64,000 nucleotides of DNA from Eledone cirrhosa (lineage: Eukaryota): assembly GCA_964016885.1 (NCBI GenBank), contig OZ024754.1:19716001-19780000 (forward strand). The letters are read 5' to 3'. Positions within the stretch are counted from its first letter, which is position 1; the number at the start of each line of letters is the position of its first letter. Shown here one piece after another: positions 14,001 through 27,200 of this stretch. The position numbers and the translations under genes are program-made. The notes under the pieces are model-generated. The model worked only from the letters and a program-made list of their open reading frames with translations, had not been told where the DNA came from and ran no database searches.

Positions 14001-17000
14001 ACTTTAGTTTCACCACAGTCACAGATCAAGTCACTTGCCAGACATGTACAACTGTAGCTAAAATGACTCTTCCATGATATAGTTACTTTAGTTTCAACAC
14101 ATTCAAAGATCAAGTCACTTGCCAGACATGTACAACTGTGGCTAAAATGACTCTTCCGTGATATAGTTACTTTAGTTTCAAAACAGTCACAGATCAAGTC
14201 ACTTGCCATACATGTACAACTGTGGCTAAAATGACTCTTCCATGATATAGTTACTTTAGTTTCAACACAGTCGCAGATCAAGTCACTTGCCAGACATGTA
14301 CAACTGTAGCTAAAATGAATCTTCCATGATATAGTACTTTAGTTACAACACAGTCTCAGATCAAGTCACTTGTCAGACATGTACAACTGTGGCTAAAATG
14401 ACTCTTCCATGATATAGTTACTTTAGTTTGAACACAGTCTTAGATCAAGTCACTTGCCAAACATGTACAACTGTGGCTAAAATAACTCTTCCATGATATA
14501 GTTACTTTAGTTTCAACACAGTCTCAGATCAAGTCACTTGCCAGGCATCTACAACTGTGGCTAAAATGACTCTACCATGATATAGTTACTTTAGTTTCAA
14601 CACATTCACAGATCAAGTCACTTGCCAGACATGTACAACTGTGGCTAAAATGACTATCCATGATATTGTAATTTAGTTTCAACACAGTCACAGATCAAGA
14701 CACTTACCAGACCTGTAAAACTGTAGCTAGCATGACTCTTCCATGATATAGTTACTTTAGTTTCAACACAGTCTCAGATCAAGTGACTTTCCAGACATGT
14801 ACAACTGTGGCTAAAATGACTCTTCCATGATATAGTTACTTTAGTTTCAACACAGTCACAGATCAAGTCACTTGTCAGACATCTACAACTGTGGCTAAAA
14901 TGACTCTACCATGATATAGTTACTTTAGTTTCAACACAGTCACAGATCAAGTCACTTGCCAGACATGTACAAGTGTAGCAAAAATGACTCTTCAATGATA
15001 TAGTTACTTTAGTTTCAACACAGTCACAGATCAAGTCACTTGCCAGACATGTACAACTGTGACTAGAATGATTCTTCCATGATATAGTTACTTTAGTTTC
15101 AAAACAATCTCAGATAAAGTCACTTGCCAGACATGTACAACTGTGGCTAAAATGATTCTTCCATGATATAGTTACTTTAGTTTCAACACAGTCTCAGATC
15201 AAGTCACTTGCCAGACATGTTCAACTGTGGCTAATATGACTCTACCATGATATAGTTACTTTTGTTTCAACACGTTTACAGATCAAGTCACTTGCCAGAC
15301 ATGTACAACTGTGGCTAAAATGACTCTTCCATGATATATGTTAATTTAGTTTCAACACAGTCTCAGATCAAGTGACTTGCCAGACATGTACATCTCTGGT
15401 TAAAATGAATCTTCCATGATATAGTTACTTTAGTTTCACCACAGTCACAGGTCAAGTCACTTGCATACATGTACAACTGTGGCTAAAATGACTCTTCCAT
15501 GATATAGTTACTTTAGTTTCACCACAGTCACAGATCAAGTGACTTGCCAGACATGTACAACTGTGGCTAAAATGACTCTTCCATGATATAGTTACTTTAG
15601 TTTCAACACAGTCTCAGATCAAGTCACTTGCCAGACATATACAACTGTAGCTAAAATTAATCTTCCATGATATAGTACTTTAGTTACAACACAGTCTCAG
15701 ATCAAGTCACTTGCCAGACATGTACAACTGTGGCTAAAATCACTCTTCCATGATATAGTTACTTTAGTTTCAACACAGTCTCAGATCAAGTCACTTGTCA
15801 GACATGTACAACTGTGGCTAAAATGACTCTTCCATGATATAGTTACTTTAGTTTCACCACAGTCACAGATCAAGTCACTTGCCAGACATGTACAACTGTA
15901 GCTAAAATGACTCTTCCATGATATAGTTACTTTAGTTTCAACACATTCAAAGATCAAGTCACTTGCCAGACATGTACAACTGTGGCTAAAATGACTCTTC
16001 CGTGATATAGTTACTTTAGTTTCAAAACAGTCTCAGATCAAGTGACTTGCCATACATGTACAACTGTGGTTAAAATGACTCTTCCATGATATAGTTACTT
16101 TAGTTTTACCACAGTCACAGATCAAGTCACTTGCCATACATGTACAACTGTGGCTAAAATGACACTTCCATGATATAGTTACTTTAGTTTCAACACAGTC
16201 TTTGATCAAGTCACTTGCCAGACATGTACAACTGTGGCTAAAATGACTCTTCCATGATATAGTTACTTTAGTTTCAACACAGTGTCAGATAAAGTCACTT
16301 GCCAGACGTGTACAACTGTGGCTAAAATGACTGTTCCATGATATAGTTACTTTAGTTTCAACACAGTCTCAGATCAAGTCACTTGCCAGACATCTACAAC
16401 TGTGGCTAAAATGACTCTTCCATGATATAGTTACTTTAGTTTCAACACAGTCTCAGATCAAGTCACTTCCCAGACATCTACAACTGGGGCTAAAATGACT
16501 CTTCCATGATACAGCTACTTTAGTTTGAACACAATCTCAGATCACGTCACTGACCAGACATGTACAACTGTGGCTAAAATGACTCTTCCATGATATAGTT
16601 ACTTTAGTTTCAACACATTCACAGATCAAGTCACTTGCCAGACATGTACAACTGTGGCTAAAATGACTATCCATGATATAGTTACTTTAGTTTCAACACA
16701 GTCTCAGATCAAGTGACTTGCCAGACATGTACATCTCTGGTTAAAATGAATCTTCCATGATATAGTTACTTTAGTTTCACCACAGTCACAGGTCAAGTCA
16801 CTTGCATACATGTACAACTGTGGCTAAAATGACTCTTCCATGATATAGTTACTTTAGTTTCACCACAGTCACAGATCAAGTGACTTGCCAGACATGTACA
16901 ACTGTGGCTAAAATGACTCTTCCATGATATAGTTACTTTAGTTTCAACACAGTCTCAGATCAAGTCACTTGCCAGACATGTACAACTGTAGCTAAAATTA

Positions 17001-18740
17001 ATCTTCCATGATATAGTACTTTAGTTACAACACAGTCTCAGATCAAGTCACTTGCCAGACATGTACAACTGTGGCTAAAATCACTCTTCCATGATATAGT
17101 TACTTTAGTTTCAACACAGTCTCAGATCAAGTCACTTGTCAGACATGTACAACTGTGGCTAAAATGACTCTTCCATTATATAGTTACTTTAGTTTCACCA
17201 CAGTCACAGATCAAGTCACTTGCCAGACATGTACAACTGTAGCTAAAATGACTCTTCCATGATATAGTTACTTTAGTTTCAACACATTCAAAGATCAAGT
17301 CACTTGCCAGACATGTACAACTGTGGCTAAAATGACTCTTCCGTGATATAGTTACTTTAGTTTCAAAACAGTCACAGATCAAGTCACTTGCCATACATGT
17401 ACAACTGTGGCTAAAATGACTCTTCCATGATATAGTTACTTTAGTTTCAACACAGTCGCAGATCAAGTCACTTGCCAGACATGTACAACTGTAGCTAAAA
17501 TGAATCTTCCATGATATAGTACTTTAGTTACAACACAGTCTCAGATCAAGTCACTTGCCAGACATGTACAACTGTGGCTAAAATGACACTTCCATGATAT
17601 AGTTACTTTAGTTTCAACACAGTCTTTGATCAAGTCACTTGCCAGACATGTACAACTGTGGCTAAAATGACTCTTCCATGATATAGTTACTTTAGTTTCA
17701 ACACAGTGTCAGATAAAGTCACTTGCCAGACGTGTACAACTGTGGCTAGAATGACTGTTCCATGATATAGTTACTTTAGTTTCAACACAGTCTCAGATCA
17801 AGTCACTTGCCAGACATGTACAACTGTGACTAAATTGATTCTTCCATGATATAGTTACTTTAGTTTCAACACAATCTCAGATCAAGTCACTTGCCAGACA
17901 TCTACAACTGTGGCTAAAATGACTCTTCCATGATATAGTTACTTTAGTTTCAACACAGTCTCAGATCAAGTCACTTGCCAGACATGTACAACTGTGGCTA
18001 AAATGGCTATCCATGATATTGTTAATTTAGTTTCAACACAGTCACAGATCAAGACACTTACCAGACATGTAAAACTGTAGCTAACATGACTCTTGCATGA
18101 TATAGTTACTTTAGTTTCAACACAGTCTCAGATCAAGTCACTTGCCAGACATGTACAACTGTGGCTAAAATGACTGTTCCATGATATAGTTACTTTAGTT
18201 TCAACACAGTCTCAGATCAAGTCACTTGCCAGACATGTACAACATTTGCTAAAATGACTCTTCCATGATATAGTTACTTCAGATTTAACACAGTCTCAGA
18301 TCAAGGCACTTGCCATACATGTACAACTGTGGCTAAAATGACTCTTCCATGATATAGTTACTTTAGTTTCAACACAGTCACAAATCAAGTCACTTACCAT
18401 GGATGTACAACTGTGGCTAAAATGACTCTTCCATGATATAGTTACTTTAGTTTCAACATAGTCTCAGATCAAGTCACTTGTCAGACATGTACAACTGTGG
18501 CTAAAATGACTCTTCCATGATATAGTTACTTTAGTTTGAACACAGTCTTAGATCAAGTAACTTGCCAAACATGTACAACTGTGGCTAAAATAACTCTTCC
18601 ATGATATAGTTACTTTAGTTTCAACACAGTCTCAGATCAAGTCACTTGCCAGGCATCTACAACTGTGGCTAAAATGACTCTACCATGATATAGTTACTTT
18701 AGTTTCAACACATTCACAGATCAAGTCACTTGCCAGACAT
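5040..18740. repeat. Block of at least 2.2 kb in three copies (starts ~5040, ~10321, ~15350; offsets 5281 and 5029 bp = 63 and 60 monomers)
   Basis: The marker caactggggc occurs at 6171, 11452 and 16481. Identical 96-aa ORFs at 6866, 12147 and 17176 give the same offsets. Copies 1 and 3 match further (agatttaaca at 7971 and 18281). Confidence 0.85.
11655..16030. repeat. Tandem duplication, period 1844 bp (22 monomers)
   Basis: The marker tcgcagatc occurs at 12427 and 14271. The caagtgactt...catctctgg monomer occurs at 11681 and 13525. Confidence 0.8.
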
Positions 18741-20884
18741 GTACAACTGTGGCTAAAATGACTATCCATGATATTGTAATTTAGTTTCAACACAGTCACA
18801 GATCAAGACACTTACCAGACCTGTAAAACTGTAGCTAGCATGACTCTTCCATGATATAGTTACTTTAGTTTCAACACAGTCTAAGATCAAGTGACTTTCC
18901 AGACATGTACAACTGTGGCTAAAATGACTCTTCCATGATATAGTTACTTTAGTTTCAACACAGTCACAGATCAAGTCACTTGCCAGACATGTACAACTGT
19001 GGCTAAAATGACTATCCATGATATAGTTAATTTAGTTTCAACACAGTCACAGATCAAGACACTTACCAGACATGTAAAACTGTAGCTAACATGACTCTTG
19101 CATGATATAGTTACTTTAGTTTCAACACAGTCTCAGATCAAGTCACTTGCCAGACATGTACAACTGTGGCTAAAATGACTGTTCCATGATATAGTTACTT
19201 TAGTTTCAACACAGTCTCAGATCAAGTCACTTGCCAGACATGTACAACATTTGCTAAAATGACTCTTCCATGATATAGTTACTTCAGATTTAACACAGTC
19301 TCAGATCAAGGCACTTGCCATACATGTACAACTGTGGCTAAAATGACTCTTCCATGATATAGTTACTTTAGTTTCAACACAGTCACAAATCAAGTCACTT
19401 ACCATGGATGTACAACTGTGGCTAAAATGACTCTTCCATGATATAGTTACTTTAGTTTCAACATAGTCTCAGATCAAGTCACTTGTCAGACATGTACAAC
19501 TGTGGCTAAAATGACTCTTCCATGATATAGTTACTTTAGTTTGAACACAGTCTTAGATCAAGTCACTTGCCAAACATGTACAACTGTGGCTAAAATAACT
19601 CTTCCATGATATAGTTACTTTAGTTTCAACACAGTCTCAGATCAAGTCACTTGCCAGGCATCTACAACTGTGGCTAAAATGACTCTACCATGATATAGTT
19701 ACTTTAGTTTCAACACATTCACAGATCAAGTCACTTGCCAGACATGTACAACTGTGGCTAAAATGACTATCCATGATATTGTAATTTAGTTTCAACACAG
19801 TCACAGATCAAGACACTTACCAGACCTGTAAAACTGTAGCTAGCATGACTCTTCCATGATATAGTTACTTTAGTTTCAACACAGTCTCAGATCAAGTGAC
19901 TTTCCAGACATGTACAACTGTGGCTAAAATGACTCTTCCATGATATAGTTACTTTAGTTTCAACACAGTCACAGATCAAGTCACTTGTCAGACATCTACA
20001 ACTGTGGCTAAAATGACTCTACCATGATATAGTTACTTTAGTTTCAACACAGTCACAGATCAAGTCACTTGCCAGACATGTACAAGTGTAGCAAAAATGA
20101 CTCTTCAATGATATAGTTACTTTAGTTTCAACACAGTCACAGATCAAGTCACTTGCCAGACATGTACAACTGTGACTAGAATGATTCTTCCATGATATAG
20201 TTACTTTAGTTTCAAAACAATCTCAGATAAAGTCACTTGCCAGACATGTACAACTGTGGCTAAAATGATTCTTCCATGATATAGTTACTTTAGTTTCAAC
20301 ACAGTCTCAGATCAAGTCACTTGCCAGACATGTTCAACTGTGGCTAATATGACTCTACCATGATATAGTTACTTTTGTTTCAACACGTTTACAGATCAAG
20401 TCACTTGCCAGACATGTACAACTGTGGCTAAAATGACTCTTCCATGATATATGTTAATTTAGTTTCAACACAGTCAAAAATCAAGTCAATTACCATGGAT
20501 GTACAACTGTGGCTAAAATGACTCTTCCATGATATAGTTACTTTAGTTTCAACACAGTCTCAGATCAAGTCACTTACCAGACATGTACAACTGTGGCTAA
20601 AATGACTCTTCCATGATATAGTTACTTTAGTTTGAACACAGCCTTAGATCAAGTCACTTGCCAGACATGTACATCTGTGGCTAAAATAACTCTTCCATGA
20701 TATAGTTACTTTAGTTTCAACACAGTCTCAGATCAAGTCACTTGCCAGACATGTAAAACTGTAGCTAACATGACTCTTCCATGATATAGTTACTTTAGTT
20801 TCAACACAGTCTCAGATCAAGTGACTTTCTAGACATGTACAACTGTGGCTAAAATGACTCTACCATGATATAGTTACTTTAGTT

Positions 20885-23800
20885 TCAACACAGTCACAGA
20901 TCAAGTCACTTGCCAGACATGTACAAGTGTAGCAAAAATGACGCTTCAATGATATAGTTACTTTTGTTTCAACACAGTCACAGATCAAGTCACTTGCCAG
21001 ATGTGTACAACTGTGACTAAAATGATTCTTCCATGATATAGTTACTTTAGTTTCAAAACAATCTCAGATAAAGTCACATGCCAGACATGTACAACTGTGG
21101 CTAAAATGACTCTTCCATGATATAGTTACTTTAGTTTCAACACAGTCTCAGATCAAGTCACTTGCCAGACATGTTCAACTGTGGCTAATATGACTCTTCC
21201 ATGATATAGTTACTTTAGTTTGGACACAGTCTCAGATCAAGTCACTTGCCAGACATGTAAAACTGTGGCTAACCTGACTCTTCCATGATATAGTTACTTT
21301 AGTTTGAACACAGTCTTAGATCAAGTCACTTACCAGACATGTACAACTGAGGCTAAAATGACTCTTCCATGATATAGTTACTTTAGTTTCACCACAGTCA
21401 CAGATCAAGTCACTTGTCAGACATCTACAACTGTGGCTAAAATGACTCTACCATGATATAGTTACTTTAGTTTCAACACAGTCACAGATCAAGTCACTTG
21501 CCAGACATGTACAAGTGTAGCAAAAATGACTCTTCAATGATATAGTTACTTTAGTTTCAACACAGTCACAGATCAAGTCACTTGCCAGACATGTACAACT
21601 GTGACTAAAATGATTCTTCCATGATATAGTTACTTTAGTTTCAAAACAATCTCAGATAAAGTCACTTGCCAGACATGTACAACTGTAGATAAAATGATTC
21701 TTCCATGATATAGTTACTTTAGTTTCAACACAGTCTCAGATCAAGTCACTTGCCAGACATGTTCAACTGTGGCTAATATGACTCTTCCATGATATAGTTA
21801 CTTTAGTTTGGACACAGTCTCAGATCAAATCACTTGCCAGACATGTACAACTGTGGCTAAAATAACTCTTCCATGATATAGTTACTTTAGTTTCAACACA
21901 GTCTCAGATCAAGTCACTTGCCAGGCATCTGCAACTGTGGCTAAAATGACTCTACCATGATATAGTTACTTTTGTTTCAACACGTTCACAGATCAAGTCA
22001 CGTGCCAGACATGTACAACTGTGGCTAAAATGACTCTTCCATGATATAGTTAATTTAGTTTCAACACAGTCAAAAATCAAGTCAATTACCATGGATGTAC
22101 AACTGTGGCTAAAATGACTCTTCCATGATATAGTTACTTTAGTTTCAACACAGTCTCAGATCAAGTCACTTACCAGACATGTACAACTGTGGCTAAAATG
22201 ACTCTTCCATGATATAGTTACTTTAGTTTGAACACAGCCTTAGATCAAGTCACTTGCCAGACATGTACATCTGTGGCTAAAATAACTCTTCCATGATATA
22301 GTTACTTTAGTTTCAACACAGTCTCAGATCAAGTCACTTGCCAGACATGTAAAACTGTAGCTAACATGACTCTTCCATGATATAGTTACTTTAGTTTCAA
22401 CACAGTCTCAGATCAAGTGACTTTCTAGACATGTACAACTGTGGCTAAAATGACTCTTCCATGATATAGTTACTTTAGTTTCAACACAGTCGCAGATCAA
22501 GTCACTTGCCAGACATGTACAACTGTAGCTAAAATGAATCTTCCATGATATAGTACTTTAGTTACAACACAGTCACAGATCAAGTCACTTGCCAGACATG
22601 TACAAGTGTAGCAAAAATGACGCTTCAATGATATAGTTACTTTTGTTTCAACACAGTCACAGATCAAGTCACTTGCCAGATGTGTACAACTGTGACTAAA
22701 ATGATTCTTCCATGATATAGTTACTTTAGTTTCAAAACAATCTCAGATAAAGTCACATGCCAGACATGTACAACTGTGGCTAAAATGACTCTTCCATGAT
22801 ATAGTTACTTTAGTTTCAACACAGTCTCAGATCAAGTCACTTGCCAGACATGTTCAACTGTGGCTAATATGACTCTTCCATGATATAGTTACTTTAGTTT
22901 GGACACAGTCTCAGATCAAGTCACTTGCCAGACATGTAAAACTGTGGCTAACCTGACTCTTCCATGATATAGTTACTTTAGTTTGAACACAGTCTTAGAT
23001 CAAGTCACTTACCAGACATGTACAACTGAGGCTAAAATGACTCTTCCATGATATAGTTACTTTAGTTTCACCACAGTCACAGATCAAGTCACTTGTCAGA
23101 CATCTACAACTGTGGCTAAAATGACTCTACCATGATATAGTTACTTTAGTTTCAACACAGTCACAGATCAAGTCACTTGCCAGACATGTACAAGTGTAGC
23201 AAAAATGACTCTTCAATGATATAGTTACTTTAGTTTCAACACAGTCACAGATCAAGTCACTTGCCAGACATGTACAACTGTGACTAAAATGATTCTTCCA
23301 TGATATAGTTACTTTAGTTTCAAAACAATCTCAGATAAAGTCACTTGCCAGACATGTACAACTGTGGCTAAAATGATTCTTCCATGATATAGTTACTTTA
23401 GTTTCAACACAGTCTCAGATCAAGTCACTTGCCAGACATGTTCAACTGTGGCTAATATGACTCTTCCATGATATAGTTACTTTAGTTTGGACACAGTCTC
23501 AGATCAAGTCACTTGCCAGACATGTACAACTGTGGCTAAAATAACTCTTCCATGATATAGTTACTTTAGTTTCAACACAGTCTCAGATCAAGTCACTTGC
23601 CAGGCATCTGCAACTGTGGCTAAAATGACTCTACCATGATATAGTTACTTTTGTTTCAACACGTTCACAGATCAAGTCACTTGCCAGACATGTACAACTG
23701 TGGCTAAAATGACTCTTCCATGATATAGTTAATTTAGTTTCAACACAGTCAAAAATCAAGTCAATTACCATGGATGTACAACTGTGGCTAAAATGACTCT

Positions 23801-24250
23801 TCCATGATATAGTTACTTTAGTTTCAACACAGTCTCAGATCAAGTCACTTACCAGACATGTACAACTGTGGCTAAAATGACTCTTCCATGATATAGTTAC
23901 TTTAGTTTGAACACAGCCTTAGATCAAGTCACTTGCCAGACATGTACATCTGTGGCTAAAATAACTCTTCCATGATATAGTTACTTTAGTTTCAACACAG
24001 TCTCAGATCAAGTCACTTGCCAGACATGTAAAACTGTAGCTAACATGACTCTTCCATGATATAGTTACTTTAGTTTCAACACAGTCTCAGATCAAGTGAC
24101 TTTCTAGACATGTACAACTGTGGCTAAAATGACTCTTCCATGATATAGTTACTTTAGTTTCAACACAGTCGCAGATCAAGTCACTTGCCAGACATGTACA
24201 ACTGTAGCTAAAATGAATCTTCCATGATATAGTACTTTAGTTACAACACA
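20885..24250. repeat. Tandem duplication, period 1679 bp (20 monomers)
   Basis: atgtgtacaa occurs at 21001 and 22680; tcgcagatc occurs at 22490 and 24169. Confidence 0.8.
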
Positions 24251-27200
24251 GTCTCAGATCAAGTCACTTGCCAGACATGTACAACTGTGGCTAAAATGAC
24301 ACTTCCATGATATAGTTACTTTAGTTTCAACACAGTCTTTGATCAAGTCACTTGCCAGACATGTACAACTGTGGCTAAAATGACTCTTCCATGATATAGT
24401 TACTTTAGTTTCAACACAGTGTCAGATAAAGTCACTTGCCAGACGTGTACAACTGTGGCTAAAATGACTGTTCCATGATATAGTTACTTTAGTTTCAACA
24501 CAGTCTCAGATCAAGTCACTTGCCAGACATGTACAACTGTGACTAAATTGATTCTTCCATGATATAGTTACTTTAGTTTCAACACAATCTCAGATCAAGT
24601 CACTTGCCAGACATCTACAACTGTGGCTAAAATGACTCTTCCATGATATAGTTACTTTAGTTTCAACACAGTCTCAGATCAAGTCACTTGCCAGACATGT
24701 ACAACTGTGGCTAAAATGACTATCCATGATATAGTTAATTTAGTTTCAACACAGTCACAGATCAAGACACTTACCAGACATGTAAAACTGTAGCTAACAT
24801 GACTCTTGCATGATATAGTTACTTTAGTTTCAACACAGTCTCAGATCAAGTCACTTGCCAGACATGTACAACTGTGGCTAAAATGACTGTTCCATGATAT
24901 AGTTACTTTAGTTTCAACACAGTCTCAGATCAAGTCACTTGCCAGACATGTACAACATTTGCTAAAATGACTCTTCCATGATATAGTTACTTCAGATTTA
25001 ACACAGTCTCAGATCAAGGCACTTGCCATACATGTACAACTGTGGCTAAAATGACTCTTCCATGATATAGTTACTTTAGTTTCAACACAGTCACAAATCA
25101 AGTCACTTACCATGGATGTACAACTGTGGCTAAAATGACTCTTCCATGATATAGTTACTTTAGTTTCAACATAGTCTCAGATCAAGTCAGTTGTCAGACA
25201 TGTACAACTGTGGCTAAAATGACTCTTCCATGATATAGTTACTTTAGTTTGAACACAGTCTTAGATCAAGTCACTTGCCAAACATGTACAACTGTGGCTA
25301 AAATAACTCTTCCATGATATAGTTACTTTAGTTTCAACACAGTCTCAGATCAAGTCACTTGCCAGGCATCTACAACTGTGGCTAAAATGACTCTACCATG
25401 ATATAGTTACTTTAGTTTCAACACATTCACAGATCAAGTCACTTGCCAGACATGTACAACTGTGGCTAAAATGACTATCCATGATATTGTAATTTAGTTT
25501 CAACACAGTCACAGATCAAGACACTTACCAGACCTGTAAAACTGTAGCTAGCATGACTCTTCCATGATATAGTTACTTTAGTTTCAACACAGTCTCAGAT
25601 CAAGTGACTTTCCAGACATGTACAACTGTGGCTAAAATGACTCTTCCATGATATAGTTACTTTAGTTTCAACACAGTCACAGATCAAGTCACTTGCCAGA
25701 CATGTACAACTGTGGCTAAAATGACTATCCATGATATAGTTAATTTAGTTTCAACACAGTCACAGATCAAGACACTTACCAGACATGTAAAACTGTAGCT
25801 AACATGACTCTTGCATGATATAGTTACTTTAGTTTCAACACAGTCTCAGATCAAGTCACTTGCCAGACATGTACAACTGTGGCTAAAATGACTGTTCCAT
25901 GATATAGTTACTTTAGTTTCAACACAGTCTCAGATCAAGTCACTTGCCAGACATCTACAACTGTGGCTAAAATGACTCTACCATGATATAGTTACTTTAG
26001 TTTCAACACAGTCACAGATCAAGTCACTTGCCAGACATGTACAAGTGTAGCAAAAATGACTCTTCAATGATATAGTTACTTTAGTTTCAACACAGTCACA
26101 GATCAAGTCACTTGCCAGACATGTACAACTGTGACTAGAATGATTCTTCCATGATATAGTTACTTTAGTTTCAAAACAATCTCAGATAAAGTCACTTGCC
26201 AGACATGTACAACTGTGGCTAAAATGATTCTTCCATGATATAGTTACTTTAGTTTCAACACAGTCTCAGATCAAGTCACTTGCCAGACATGTTCAACTGT
26301 GGCTAATATGACTCTACCATGATATAGTTACTTTTGTTTCAACACGTTTACAGATCAAGTCACTTGCCAGACATGTACAACTGTGGCTAAAATGACTCTT
26401 CCATGATATATGTTAATTTAGTTTCAACACAGTCAAAAATCAAGTCAATTACCATGGATGTACAACTGTGGCTAAAATGACTCTTCCATGATATAGTTAC
26501 TTTAGTTTCAACACAGTCTCAGATCAAGTCACTTACCAGACATGTACAACTGTGGCTAAAATGACTCTTCCATGATATAGTTACTTTAGTTTGAACACAG
26601 CCTTAGATCAAGTCACTTGCCAGACATGTACATCTGTGGCTAAAATAACTCTTCCATGATATAGTTACTTTAGTTTCAACACAGTCTCAGATCAAGTCAC
26701 TTGCCAGACATGTAAAACTGTAGCTAACATGACTCTTCCATGATATAGTTACTTTAGTTTCAACACAGTCTCAGATCAAGTGACTTTCTAGACATGTACA
26801 ACTGTGGCTAAAATGACTCTACCATGATATAGTTACTTTAGTTTCAACACAGTCACAGATCAAGTCACTTGCCAGACATGTACAAGTGTAGCAAAATGAC
26901 GCTTCAATGATATAGTTACTTTAGTTTCAACACAGTCACAGATCAAGTCACTTGCCAGATGTGTACAACTGTGACTAAAATGATTCTTCCATGATATAGT
27001 TACTTTAGTTTCAAAACAATCTCAGATAAAGTCACATGCCAGACATGTACAACTGTGGCTAAAATGACTCTTCCATGATATAGTTACTTTAGTTTCAACA
27101 CAGTCTCAGATCAAGTCACTTGCCAGACATGTTCAACTGTGGCTAATATGACTCTTCCATGATATAGTTACTTTAGTTTGGACACAGTCTCAGATCAAGT

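Noticed and set aside
6866-19019. Five minus-strand ORFs of 85-114 aa as protein-coding genes
   Set aside because: They are runs of 3-4 monomers that happen to lack the TGA allele. Four start at TTG, they recur only because the block is duplicated, and flanking monomers carry stops and frameshifts.
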